64,000 nt of DNA from Ignavibacteriota bacterium (lineage in GTDB: Bacteria; Bacteroidota; Ignavibacteria; UBA10030): NCBI GenBank assembly GCA_963727825.1, contig CAVSHO010000008.1:64001-128000 (forward strand), written 5' to 3'. Below the pieces are notes generated by a model. It was not told where the DNA came from and ran no database searches. It saw nothing but the letters and a program-made list of their open reading frames with translations. Both the position numbers and the translations under genes were made by a program. Every line of letters starts with the position of its first letter. Within the stretch, counting starts at the first letter, position 1. Shown piece after piece: positions 52,887 to 62,317 of this stretch.

Positions 52887-54779
52887 ATGAAGCAACACTT
52901 ATACATAATTTTATATTGTCTGCCGTTTTTCGTAGCGCATGGTTTGCCAATTGCAAGTGACGAAGATTCAACGCGCACATACAACACACAGGAAATGGTC
53001 ATTACTGCAACGCGAAGCACTATTCAATCTCAGGATTCACCTTCACCAGTAACTATATTATCGACAGAAGATATTCAACGCACCAACGGCAGTTCTGTAG
53101 CTGATGTACTTCGATCATCTGAGAGTCTTTTTCTTAAGGATCAGGGACCAACTGCCTCGTTAAAAACACTTTCGTTTCGTGGAATGGGAGCAGAAGATAT
53201 TCTCGTTCTCCTGGATGGAACTCGAATTAATAATTTTCAGAATGGCCAAGTAGATTTCAGTCTCATTCCTATGACAGATATCGATCATATTGAAGTTGTA
53301 CGCGGCGGGAGTTCAGCTTTGTACGGAGCTGATGCTCTTGGCGGTATTATCAACATTATTACTCGCCGTCCTGTGGATACACTTCAAATGCATGCGGATA
53401 TTTCAGAGGGCTCTTTTGATTATCAACGATATACCTTCGAAACGCGCGGCCGCATCGACGGTCTTGGTTTAGTGTTTGGAGTAATGCATGATCAAGCACA
53501 CGACGACTATCCATTTAATCTTCAGCGCATCGGAATGGCTGATACGACCGAACGACGAACGAATTCTGATTTTACTCGCACACAATTGTATCTTAACTCA
53601 GATTATTCTTTTGACGAACAAGCAAATATGAATTTATCGATCCAGCGAGTAAAATCTAATCAAGGGGTTCCTGGTCCATTGCCGTCCTTGTACCCATTCC
53701 GGCAGGATGATGATGCGATCACAAGCGTTGTCGTATTTCACGATAATCATTTCAATGGAATTGTTTTCAGTCTGAATATGGGACTTACCTATGATCTTGA
53801 AATGGCATATTCTCAGACAAAAACAATTTTGGAGACAATCAATCCTCAATTCCAATGGATTGCTTCTTCGTGGGACCGCCTGATCATCGGTGCAGAATAT
53901 ACAGAAGGTCATTTGGAAGGGTTCTTCCCTGATGCAGTGATTAAACGGTTGCAGCGTTCGGCGTATGTTTCAAACGAGATGCTCTTTCAACGCGAGTCAC
54001 TTTATCTCGATCGTTTTTCCTTCTATCAATCTATACGATACGATGATCTCTCGGAAGGGACGAATGCAACTTCACCAAAGATTGGTCTTAATGTGCGCAT
54101 TCTTCGTGATTGGGATTCACGAATTCGAGTCAGTTATGGCAAAAATTTTCGTATGCCCACGTTTAACGATCTTTATTATCCTGCTCCTTATGGAAATCCA
54201 TTGTTGAAACCGGAGCATTCCGACTGCTATGATATTGGATTGGAAACAGCATTTGATCATTCGGGAATGCACCAGCTCAGCCTTACATATTTCACTATTG
54301 ACACAAAGGATCGGATATTGCTCAACGCTGCATACTTCCCCGAGAATGTTCCACAGGTTCAAAGTACGGGTATCGAAGGGCGATATGAATTTCGGCTCCC
54401 AAGTAATATACTGATGGCATTTGCAGATGTCACGTTTAATAATGCAATTCAGAAAAGTTCGGATTCTACAGATGGCAAACACTTGGTCAACAATCCTAAG
54501 GAGGTGTGTTCATTTGGAACTTCTCTTCGTATGTGGAGCTTGAATGTGAATATTACCGAGTCTTATACTTCGGAACGATTTACTGCAGAAGATGAATCTG
54601 CATGGTTACCGCATTATTGGCTTATGGATTTTAATCTTTCGACAGTATTTGCACTGCAACATATTCGAATTAATCTTCGAGCAGAAGTTAGCAATGTTTT
54701 TAACAATGATTACCAGATTCTTGAGGGCTATCCTATGCCAGGTCAATCCTTCCGGTTTACTGTTGGTATCGATTATTGA
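52887..54779 (+). CDS. btuB: TonB-dependent cobalamin receptor (BtuB-like)
   Basis: TonB box MVITATR, plug IEVVRGGSSALYGADALGGIINIIT, PTFNDLYY, GYPMPG; B12 riboswitch upstream. Confidence 0.85.
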   Translation: MKQHLYIILYCLPFFVAHGLPIASDEDSTRTYNTQEMVITATRSTIQSQDSPSPVTILSTEDIQRTNGSSVADVLRSSESLFLKDQGPTASLKTLSFRGMGAEDILVLLDGTRINNFQNGQVDFSLIPMTDIDHIEVVRGGSSALYGADALGGIINIITRRPVDTLQMHADISEGSFDYQRYTFETRGRIDGLGLVFGVMHDQAHDDYPFNLQRIGMADTTERRTNSDFTRTQLYLNSDYSFDEQANMNLSIQRVKSNQGVPGPLPSLYPFRQDDDAITSVVVFHDNHFNGIVFSLNMGLTYDLEMAYSQTKTILETINPQFQWIASSWDRLIIGAEYTEGHLEGFFPDAVIKRLQRSAYVSNEMLFQRESLYLDRFSFYQSIRYDDLSEGTNATSPKIGLNVRILRDWDSRIRVSYGKNFRMPTFNDLYYPAPYGNPLLKPEHSDCYDIGLETAFDHSGMHQLSLTYFTIDTKDRILLNAAYFPENVPQVQSTGIEGRYEFRLPSNILMAFADVTFNNAIQKSSDSTDGKHLVNNPKEVCSFGTSLRMWSLNVNITESYTSERFTAEDESAWLPHYWLMDFNLSTVFALQHIRINLRAEVSNVFNNDYQILEGYPMPGQSFRFTVGIDY

Positions 54780-54836
54780 TTTGGTTCAACAAAAAAATTC
54801 ATGTATTTTACTTCAGTTCATATTTATGGAGGATTT

Positions 54837-55358
54837 ATGCGTAACATTCTTATTGGTTCTACTCTTATTCTTATAGCGGCACTGTCTCGTCTTCTACCGC
54901 ATCCGGCTAACTTTACTCCAATTGCAGCGATGGCATTAGCTGGAGGAGTTTATTTTAATAAACGAATTGCTCTTATTGTTCCACTTGCCGCTCTTTTTAT
55001 TAGCGATCTATTTATTGGTTTCCACGATACAATTTTCTTTGTATATGGAAGTTTTATCTTGATTGGATTCATAGGGCTCTGGTTAAAATCGCATAAGAAA
55101 CCATTACCGATTTTTGGGGCAGCATTGTTAAGTTCAGCTCTGTTTTTTGTCGTTACAAACTTTGGTGTATGGCTTACAGGCGGAGGTTGGTTCTATCCCA
55201 AAACATGGCAAGGTTTAATTGAGTGCTATATGCTTGCAATTCCATTCTTCCGAAATACGATTGCTGGAGATTTAATTTACACTGCTGTTTTGTTTGGTTT
55301 GTTTGAATTATCTCAATATGCTTTACAATTATTAGAGAAGAAAACTGCCCAAATATAG
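54837..55358 (+). CDS. DUF6580 family membrane transporter (BtuM-like solitary S-component candidate)
   Basis: RLLPHPANFTPIAAMAL, FFVVTNFGVW, CY.LAIPFFRN; ~6 TM segments; directly downstream of btuB. Confidence 0.75.
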   Translation: MRNILIGSTLILIAALSRLLPHPANFTPIAAMALAGGVYFNKRIALIVPLAALFISDLFIGFHDTIFFVYGSFILIGFIGLWLKSHKKPLPIFGAALLSSALFFVVTNFGVWLTGGGWFYPKTWQGLIECYMLAIPFFRNTIAGDLIYTAVLFGLFELSQYALQLLEKKTAQI

Positions 55359-55384
55359 TAAAAAAACAAATCGTTAAGATATAT

Positions 55385-55429
55385 GAACGTCAGGTTAGCC
55401 CCATAGATGCTGATCTGGCGTTCTTTTTT
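55385..55429 (+). terminator. Intrinsic terminator after the B12 uptake operon
   Basis: GAACGTCAGGTTAGC...GCTGATCTGGCGTTC followed by T6. Confidence 0.7.
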
Positions 55430-55699
55430 ATAGATCAGTTAATGTCCGTAATTGTCCAATTTTGATTGCATTCCCTTGTTATTTAGGACTTGTTTTCACT
55501 TTTTCTAATGTAGCTTTTTATAGAAAAAGGTTTATATTGAACACCACAAAACTATAACGTAATTACGTCTCCGAAAATAGAATTTGTGTTGCGATTCTCC
55601 ATTCATAGTTTCCAGCAAAATCACATTCGCATAAGACCGCCCTTTGTAAGCATTTTTGTGGAGACAAATCACAGCAATGATTGAGGTAGAAAGGAAGTC

Positions 55700-57040
55700 A
55701 TGTCTGATTATATCAACAAAGTAATAGCACAAGTTAAAGCGAAAAACTCCAATGAGCCGGAGTTTCATCAAGCAGTGGAAGAAGTATGTGAATCTTTAGA
55801 GCCGGTTTTCGCACGTCATTCGGAATATCAAGCGGCACGAATCCTTGAGCGTATGGTCGAGCCGGAACGCACCATTATCTTTCGTGTTCCATGGATGGAC
55901 GATCAAGGGGATATTCATATCAACCGTGGATTTCGCGTGCAGATGAACAGTGCAATCGGTCCATACAAAGGTGGATTGCGTTTCCATCCATCTGTGACGC
56001 TAAGCATCTTGAAGTTCCTTGCATTTGAGCAAGTATTCAAGAATAGTCTTACCACACTGCCGATGGGTGGAGGTAAAGGAGGCTCAGATTTCAATCCTAA
56101 AGGAAAAACCGATAATGAAGTTATGCGTTTCTGCCAAAGTTTCATGACGGAATTATACCGTCATATTGGTGCGGATATAGATGTGCCTGCCGGCGATATT
56201 GGAGTGGGCGGGAGGGAAATCGGATTTTTGTTCGGACAATATAAACGACTCACGAAGGAATTTAACGGTGTGTTGACCGGCAAAGGATTGAACTGGGGCG
56301 GCTCGCTTATCCGGCCTGAAGCAACAGGATTTGGAGTCGTTTATTTTGCGGAAGAAATGTTGAAGACCAAAGATATGAGCATTGCAGGAAAAACGGTTGC
56401 AGTTTCCGGCTTTGGTAATGTCGCTTGGGGCGCAGTTACAAAAGCGAGCCAATTAGGCGGTAAGGTGGTGACGCTTTCCGGTCCGGATGGATTTGTATAC
56501 GATCCGGACGGCATCAAAGGCGAGAAGATAGATTATATGCTTGAATTGCGGTCGAGCGCAAAGGACGAAATAAAATCTTACGCAGATAAATTCAAAGTAC
56601 AATTCTTCGCAGGTAAGCGGCCGTGGGGTTTGAAGGTTGATGTTGCAATCCCTTGCGCAACTCAGAATGAATTAGATGAGAATGATGCGAAAGAACTTGT
56701 AAAGAATGGTTGTGTCTGCGTATGCGAAGGGGCGAATATGCCAACGACCATGGAGGGCTTCAAAGTGTTTCATTCGTCTGGAATATTGTTTTCTCCAGGT
56801 AAAGCGTCCAATGCCGGCGGTGTTGCGACCTCAGGATTGGAGATGAGCCAGAACAGCATGCGCTTACCATGGCCGAAAGAAGAGGTTGACACCCGGCTGC
56901 ATCAAATTATGAAAAGTATTCATGCTACTTGTGTACAGACAGCAGAACGTTTTGGTGAACCGGGGAACTATGTAATAGGTGCAAACATTGCCGGCTTTCT
57001 GAAAGTCGCCAACGCGATGCTCGAACAGGGCTTGGTATAA
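55700..57040 (+). CDS. gdhA: Glutamate dehydrogenase (GdhA family, probably NADP-specific)
   Basis: GPYKGGLRFHPSV, MGGGKGGSDF, DVPAGDIGVG, RPEATGFG, EGANMP. Confidence 0.97.
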   Translation: MSDYINKVIAQVKAKNSNEPEFHQAVEEVCESLEPVFARHSEYQAARILERMVEPERTIIFRVPWMDDQGDIHINRGFRVQMNSAIGPYKGGLRFHPSVTLSILKFLAFEQVFKNSLTTLPMGGGKGGSDFNPKGKTDNEVMRFCQSFMTELYRHIGADIDVPAGDIGVGGREIGFLFGQYKRLTKEFNGVLTGKGLNWGGSLIRPEATGFGVVYFAEEMLKTKDMSIAGKTVAVSGFGNVAWGAVTKASQLGGKVVTLSGPDGFVYDPDGIKGEKIDYMLELRSSAKDEIKSYADKFKVQFFAGKRPWGLKVDVAIPCATQNELDENDAKELVKNGCVCVCEGANMPTTMEGFKVFHSSGILFSPGKASNAGGVATSGLEMSQNSMRLPWPKEEVDTRLHQIMKSIHATCVQTAERFGEPGNYVIGANIAGFLKVANAMLEQGLV

Positions 57041-57157
57041 CAGAAAGATGTTTAATATTCTATATGTTAAGACAACTGGCGCCCTTATCTTTGATTGCAT
57101 GAATTACAGTGCAATGATGAAGTCGCCATTGTTTTTTTATTTTTGAGTGAATAAAGA

Positions 57158-60142
57158 ATGAATCGTATAAAGCAATTATCAACAGAAGATATTTATGGAG
57201 GTCGCATCAAGTCGTTTCAAAAGTTGATGCGTTTTAAGGTAAGAGATATTCTGCTCGTCGCCAGTCTCTATGACCAATATCTTTTTGAAGAAGACGGCAG
57301 ATTGTATGAATTGATTCGGCAGGAATTTCAGGTTCTCAATCTAAGCCATCCGCCAGAGATCACACATGTGACAAGCGGAGAGGAGGCGATTGAACTTCTC
57401 ACTTCCGGTGAGAATTTTGATCTCGTTATTACAACATTACACATTGAAGATATGCCGGTTATTCGGTTTGCGCAGGAAGTTCGGCAAACAGGCCTCGATA
57501 TTCCAATGATACTGCTGGCGTATGATAATCGTGAGAAAAAGGAAATCATCTCCAACTTCGATACATCTGTATTCGACCGCATCTTCATCTGGCATGGGGA
57601 TTACCGTTTGCTTATTGCGATGATTAAGTATGTTGAGGACAAACTCAATGTTCAAAGCGATACCGCAACGGTCGGAGTACAGGTCATTATTCTTGTAGAA
57701 GACGACATTAGTTTCTATTCTTCCTATCTGCCACTCCTCTACACACAAATTCTTAACCAGTCACAGCGGCTTATTTCAGAAGGTATTAATCTTACACATA
57801 GATTTCTAAGAATGCGTGCGCGGCCGAAGATATTGCTATGCTCGACGTATGAAGAAGCATGGTCATGCTTCGAAAAGTATGAAGAGTATGTGCTCGGCGT
57901 TATTTCGGATATCGACTTTCTTCACAATGGCGAAAAAGATCCAAATGCCGGGTTTACGTTCGCTGAATCGGTGCGGAAGAGAAAAGATGACATTCCCATT
58001 CTTCTGCAGTCGGGTGATACGCAAGCGGCAGCGAAAGCGTCTGAACTTGGCGCGGGGTTTTTACAAAAAGGTTCACCGACATTATTGCATGATCTTACAG
58101 ATTTTGTAATGACGCATTTTGGATTTGGGGATTTTATTTTTCGCACTCCAGACGGAATGGAAGTTGGAAGAGCCGTAAACTTAAAACAATTCGAAGAGCA
58201 GCTTCAAACAGTTCCCGATGAATGTATTCAATTCCATGCAAGGCGGAATCATTTCTCGAATTGGCTTAAGGCGAGGACTGAATTTTGGTTAGCACATAAA
58301 CTTCGCCCACAAAAAGTGGAGGACTTCGCAACTATTAAGGAACTACGGGATGATTTGATTGGTGCTCTGCGATTGTATCAAGAGACCCGCCAACGCGGCA
58401 TCATTACGGAATTTTCCAGAGAATCATTCGATCCTTTGAATAGTTTTGCACGCATTGGTACGGGGTCGGTCGGCGGCAAAGCACGCGGGTTAGGATTCGT
58501 TAATACTCTTATCAATGACTACAATTTGCGCGATAGATTTGAAGGTGTGGAAATATCAGTTCCTTCGGCGGTTGTCGTTGCCACAGATGTCTTTGATAAA
58601 TTCATTCGAGAGAACAAGCTAGATAGAGTTGTTCTTGAAGCAAAGAACGATGAAGAACTTCTTCAGAGGTTTGTCGATGCACCTTACTTCCCACCTGATG
58701 TGGTTTTCAAACTGATAGATTTTCTTAATGTGTCACAAGAGCCGCTTGCTGTGCGCTCATCGAGTTTATTGGAAGACTCGCAATATCAACCGTTTGCAGG
58801 TGTGTACCAGACTTACATGATTCCGAATAATAATTCCGATCCGGAAATCCGGCTGAAAGAATTGTTGGAAAGCATTAAACTTGTCTACGCATCAACCTTT
58901 TCAAAAAAAGCAAAAGATTATATGAAGGCGACACCGTACCGCTTGGAAGAAGAAAAGATGGCAGTCATCATCCAGCGAATGGTCGGAACGTCGCATCACA
59001 ATAGATTTTATCCGGAGTTTGCCGGTGTGGCAAAGTCATATAATTTCTATCCTGTGCCGCCACAAAAGTCTGAAGATGGAATTGTGCAGGTGGCTTTAGG
59101 ATTAGGATTCACGGTGGTAGAGGGGCGCAACTCCGTGCGTTTTTGTCCTAAGTTCCCGCGCCATTTATTGCAGTTCTTTTCAACGAAAGAAACCATTCGC
59201 AATGCCCAACAAGGGTATCTTGCGCTCGATCTAACATCAACATTCAGTCATGAAAATCATGAAACACCGGACGTAATGATAAAGTATTATGATCTAAGCA
59301 CAGCAGAAGAAGATAATACACTCTATTATGTCGGTTCCACGTACTCGCCCGAAGATGATTCGGTGTACGATGGCGTATCACGCACGGGCAAGCGTGTGGT
59401 GACGTTTGCTCCGGTGCTAAAGCATAAAATATTCCCATTGCCTGAAATTTTAGATTTGATTCTTGATATGGGAACTTGGGGAATGGGTACGCATGTCGAA
59501 ATAGAGTTTGCCGTCAATATGAACACGCCGACTGGTATGCCAAAAGAATTTGCAATGCTCCAGATCCGTCCATTAGTGATGAGTCTTGAATTTGAAGAGC
59601 TTGATGTCGATCAATTCATTCGTGAAAATCTTATTTGTCAAAGCGAACAAGTGCTTGGCAACGGTGCCATACAAGATATTTATGATGTTGTGATCGTGGA
59701 TGCAGAACGGTTTGAGAGATCAAAAAGCAAAGAGACTGCTCGAGAAGTCAGCGAGATTAATGCACGGCTGCTTGCGGAGAATAGACCATACGTGCTGATT
59801 GGTATGGGAAGATGGGGGAGTATGGATCCGTGGCTTGGTATTCCGGTTACATGGGATCAAATTTCTGGCGCGGCGGTAATTGTTGAATCAGGTTTCAAAG
59901 ACATCGATGTGACGCCATCGCAAGGGTCACATTTCTTTCAAAACATTACATCATTTCGTGTCGGTTACTTCACTGTGGACGCTGCGCACCGCCTTGGTTT
60001 TATTGATTGGGAATGGCTGAAATCTCAACCCGCATTAAAGGAGTTGAAATATATCCGCCATCTTCGGTTTGAAAAATCTATCATTGCAAAAATTAATGGT
60101 CGAAAGAATAAAGGCGTGATAGTAAAACCGGGTAAGAAATGA
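57158..60142 (+). CDS. Receiver-domain + PEP synthase/PPDK nucleotide-binding (ATP-grasp) domain protein lacking the PEP/pyruvate TIM barrel
   Basis: Two REC-like domains; GGKARGL, PLAVRSSSLLED..FAG.Y.T, MAVIIQRMVG, EIEFA..LQIRP; C-terminal SQGSHFF. Confidence 0.8.
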   Translation: MNRIKQLSTEDIYGGRIKSFQKLMRFKVRDILLVASLYDQYLFEEDGRLYELIRQEFQVLNLSHPPEITHVTSGEEAIELLTSGENFDLVITTLHIEDMPVIRFAQEVRQTGLDIPMILLAYDNREKKEIISNFDTSVFDRIFIWHGDYRLLIAMIKYVEDKLNVQSDTATVGVQVIILVEDDISFYSSYLPLLYTQILNQSQRLISEGINLTHRFLRMRARPKILLCSTYEEAWSCFEKYEEYVLGVISDIDFLHNGEKDPNAGFTFAESVRKRKDDIPILLQSGDTQAAAKASELGAGFLQKGSPTLLHDLTDFVMTHFGFGDFIFRTPDGMEVGRAVNLKQFEEQLQTVPDECIQFHARRNHFSNWLKARTEFWLAHKLRPQKVEDFATIKELRDDLIGALRLYQETRQRGIITEFSRESFDPLNSFARIGTGSVGGKARGLGFVNTLINDYNLRDRFEGVEISVPSAVVVATDVFDKFIRENKLDRVVLEAKNDEELLQRFVDAPYFPPDVVFKLIDFLNVSQEPLAVRSSSLLEDSQYQPFAGVYQTYMIPNNNSDPEIRLKELLESIKLVYASTFSKKAKDYMKATPYRLEEEKMAVIIQRMVGTSHHNRFYPEFAGVAKSYNFYPVPPQKSEDGIVQVALGLGFTVVEGRNSVRFCPKFPRHLLQFFSTKETIRNAQQGYLALDLTSTFSHENHETPDVMIKYYDLSTAEEDNTLYYVGSTYSPEDDSVYDGVSRTGKRVVTFAPVLKHKIFPLPEILDLILDMGTWGMGTHVEIEFAVNMNTPTGMPKEFAMLQIRPLVMSLEFEELDVDQFIRENLICQSEQVLGNGAIQDIYDVVIVDAERFERSKSKETAREVSEINARLLAENRPYVLIGMGRWGSMDPWLGIPVTWDQISGAAVIVESGFKDIDVTPSQGSHFFQNITSFRVGYFTVDAAHRLGFIDWEWLKSQPALKELKYIRHLRFEKSIIAKINGRKNKGVIVKPGKK

Positions 60143-60216
60143 TAAATGATAACTGGAAAGTAAAAGTATTAAATGAATCAGCTGCTTAAGTAAAATTTCA
60201 AATCTACGGAGTCTTT

Positions 60217-62241
60217 ATGAAATTCTCATTAACCTTCCTTGTTGCATTTCTTTTTACAATTTTAGCCTATGCACAACCCAAGCGAGCCATCACATTCGAT
60301 GATCTTATAAGCTTCGGACGCGTCTCCGATCCTCAGATATCTCCGGATGGGAAAACCGTCGCGTTCGTTGTTACCTGGCAGTTGAAGGAGGAAAATAAAT
60401 CTACCAGCAACATTTATTTAGTTAGTGTCACTGGTGGCGACGCCCGACAGCTTACTAATGCCAAAGACGGAAACAATTCTCCGCGCTGGATGCCAGATGG
60501 GAAAACCATTGCCTTTATTTCAACACGCGATGGTGGATCACAAATATGGACAATTCCTGTCAACGGTGGAGAAGCAAAGAAAGTATCACATATAGCAACT
60601 GAAGTGTCCGGACTTATCGTTTCTCCAGATGGGAAATGGTTTGCGTTTTCTTCGGATGTTTATCCTAATTGTTTGGATGAAGATTGTAACGCGAAGCGGC
60701 TTGAAGCTGTTGAGAAGAGCAAGGTGAAAGCGAAAATACTTACCACTTTACCGTATCGAGTTTGGAATTCATGGAAAGACGGCAAGCGCAGCCATTTATT
60801 TGTCATGCCAGCTAATGGTGGCAAATCAACTGACGTGACACCTGGAGAATTCGATACGCCGCCTATCGATCTTGGCGGCAACTGGGATTATGCTTTCTCA
60901 CCAGACAGCAAAGAAATCGCATTCACAAGAAATCCAGACACACTTATTGCTGTAAGTACAAACAACGAAATTTATATTGTTCCGGTGACTGGTGGAACGC
61001 CAAAGAACATTTCAAATAATCCCGCCAACGATAGTCAGCCGTTATATTCGCCTGATGGTAAATATATTGCGTATCGAATGATGAGACGGGCAGGATTTGA
61101 AGCAGATCGTCGCGAGCTTGTTCTTTTTGAACGTGCGTCAGGAAAGCTCATCAATCTTACTGGAAAGTTTGATTACAGTATCAACAATGTCATCTGGTCA
61201 CCGGATTCGAAATCGCTTTTCTTCAACGCTGATGACAAAGGCAGTGTTTCGATTTTTAGGGTGACAGTGAATGACAAAAATGTAACAACGATTCTTGATA
61301 ACGGTCTAAATGCCTCATTGCAATTAACGCCCGATGGTAAGACATTGGTCATTGCGGAAGAAAATGTTAAAACACCAACAGAACTTTTTAAAATGGATTC
61401 CGATGGCAAGGGCTTGAAGCAGATCACTTTTATCAACTCAGAAAAGATTTCCCAATTGGAGATGAATTCATTGGAGAATTTCTGGTTTGATGGAGCCGCG
61501 AAAACACGTGTACAGGGATTCTTATTAAAGCCGCCATTTTTCTCTGCTAAAAACAAATATCCGCTAATCTTTCTCGTCCATGGCGGACCGCAAGGGCAAT
61601 GGGGTGATGAGTTCCATTATCGGTGGAATGCTCAGATGTTTGCATCGCGCGGGTATATTGTGATAATGATTAATCCGCGCGGCAGTACTGGCTACGGACA
61701 GAAATTTACAGATGAGATTAGCAAAGACTGGGGAGGTAAAGTATACGAGGATTTAATGAAGGGATTGGATTATGTGCTGAAAAATTATTCATTCATAGAT
61801 AGCAATCGAATGGCAGCAGCTGGCGCTTCGTACGGCGGTTATATGATGAATTGGATTCTTGGACATACGGATCGCTTTAAGTGTATTGTTTCACATGATG
61901 GTGTTTTCAATCTGGCAAGTGCATACGGAACGACAGAGGAGCTTTGGTTCGACGAGTGGGAATTTGGCGGAACGCCATACGCGAATCCGGAGTTGTACAA
62001 GAAGTGGTCACCAATGGAATTTGCGCAGAATTTTAAGACACCGACACTCGTTATTCATGGTCAGCAGGATTTTCGACTTGATGTCAGCGAGGGATTCCAA
62101 TTGTTTACAGCACTCCAGCGGCAAGGAGTGAAATCGAAGATGCTGTATTTCCCGGATGAATTTCACTTTGTCATAAAACCGCAAAATGCCGAGTTGTGGT
62201 ATAAAACAGTGTTAGATTGGATCGATGAAAATACAAAGTGA
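60217..62241 (+). CDS. S9 family serine peptidase (DPP5/acylaminoacyl-peptidase-like)
   Basis: Signal peptide, PD40 repeats (SPDGK), HGGPQ, GASYGG nucleophile, D.R and FPDE.H triad motifs. Confidence 0.93.
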   Translation: MKFSLTFLVAFLFTILAYAQPKRAITFDDLISFGRVSDPQISPDGKTVAFVVTWQLKEENKSTSNIYLVSVTGGDARQLTNAKDGNNSPRWMPDGKTIAFISTRDGGSQIWTIPVNGGEAKKVSHIATEVSGLIVSPDGKWFAFSSDVYPNCLDEDCNAKRLEAVEKSKVKAKILTTLPYRVWNSWKDGKRSHLFVMPANGGKSTDVTPGEFDTPPIDLGGNWDYAFSPDSKEIAFTRNPDTLIAVSTNNEIYIVPVTGGTPKNISNNPANDSQPLYSPDGKYIAYRMMRRAGFEADRRELVLFERASGKLINLTGKFDYSINNVIWSPDSKSLFFNADDKGSVSIFRVTVNDKNVTTILDNGLNASLQLTPDGKTLVIAEENVKTPTELFKMDSDGKGLKQITFINSEKISQLEMNSLENFWFDGAAKTRVQGFLLKPPFFSAKNKYPLIFLVHGGPQGQWGDEFHYRWNAQMFASRGYIVIMINPRGSTGYGQKFTDEISKDWGGKVYEDLMKGLDYVLKNYSFIDSNRMAAAGASYGGYMMNWILGHTDRFKCIVSHDGVFNLASAYGTTEELWFDEWEFGGTPYANPELYKKWSPMEFAQNFKTPTLVIHGQQDFRLDVSEGFQLFTALQRQGVKSKMLYFPDEFHFVIKPQNAELWYKTVLDWIDENTK

Positions 62242-62317
62242 AAAACAAGTAAATAGGAAGTATTTTAAGCGGCTGGTTACGAATACCGGTTTACCAATAA
62301 AAATGGAGGAATTTGCA

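Noticed and set aside
55557-55568. Perfect palindrome ACGTAATTACGT upstream of gdhA as an operator
   Set aside because: Single 12-bp occurrence with no second copy or cognate regulator seen; cannot be distinguished from chance.
57158-60142. Annotation as a bona fide PEP synthase (ppsA) or PPDK
   Set aside because: It lacks the C-terminal PEP/pyruvate-binding barrel and carries receiver domains instead.
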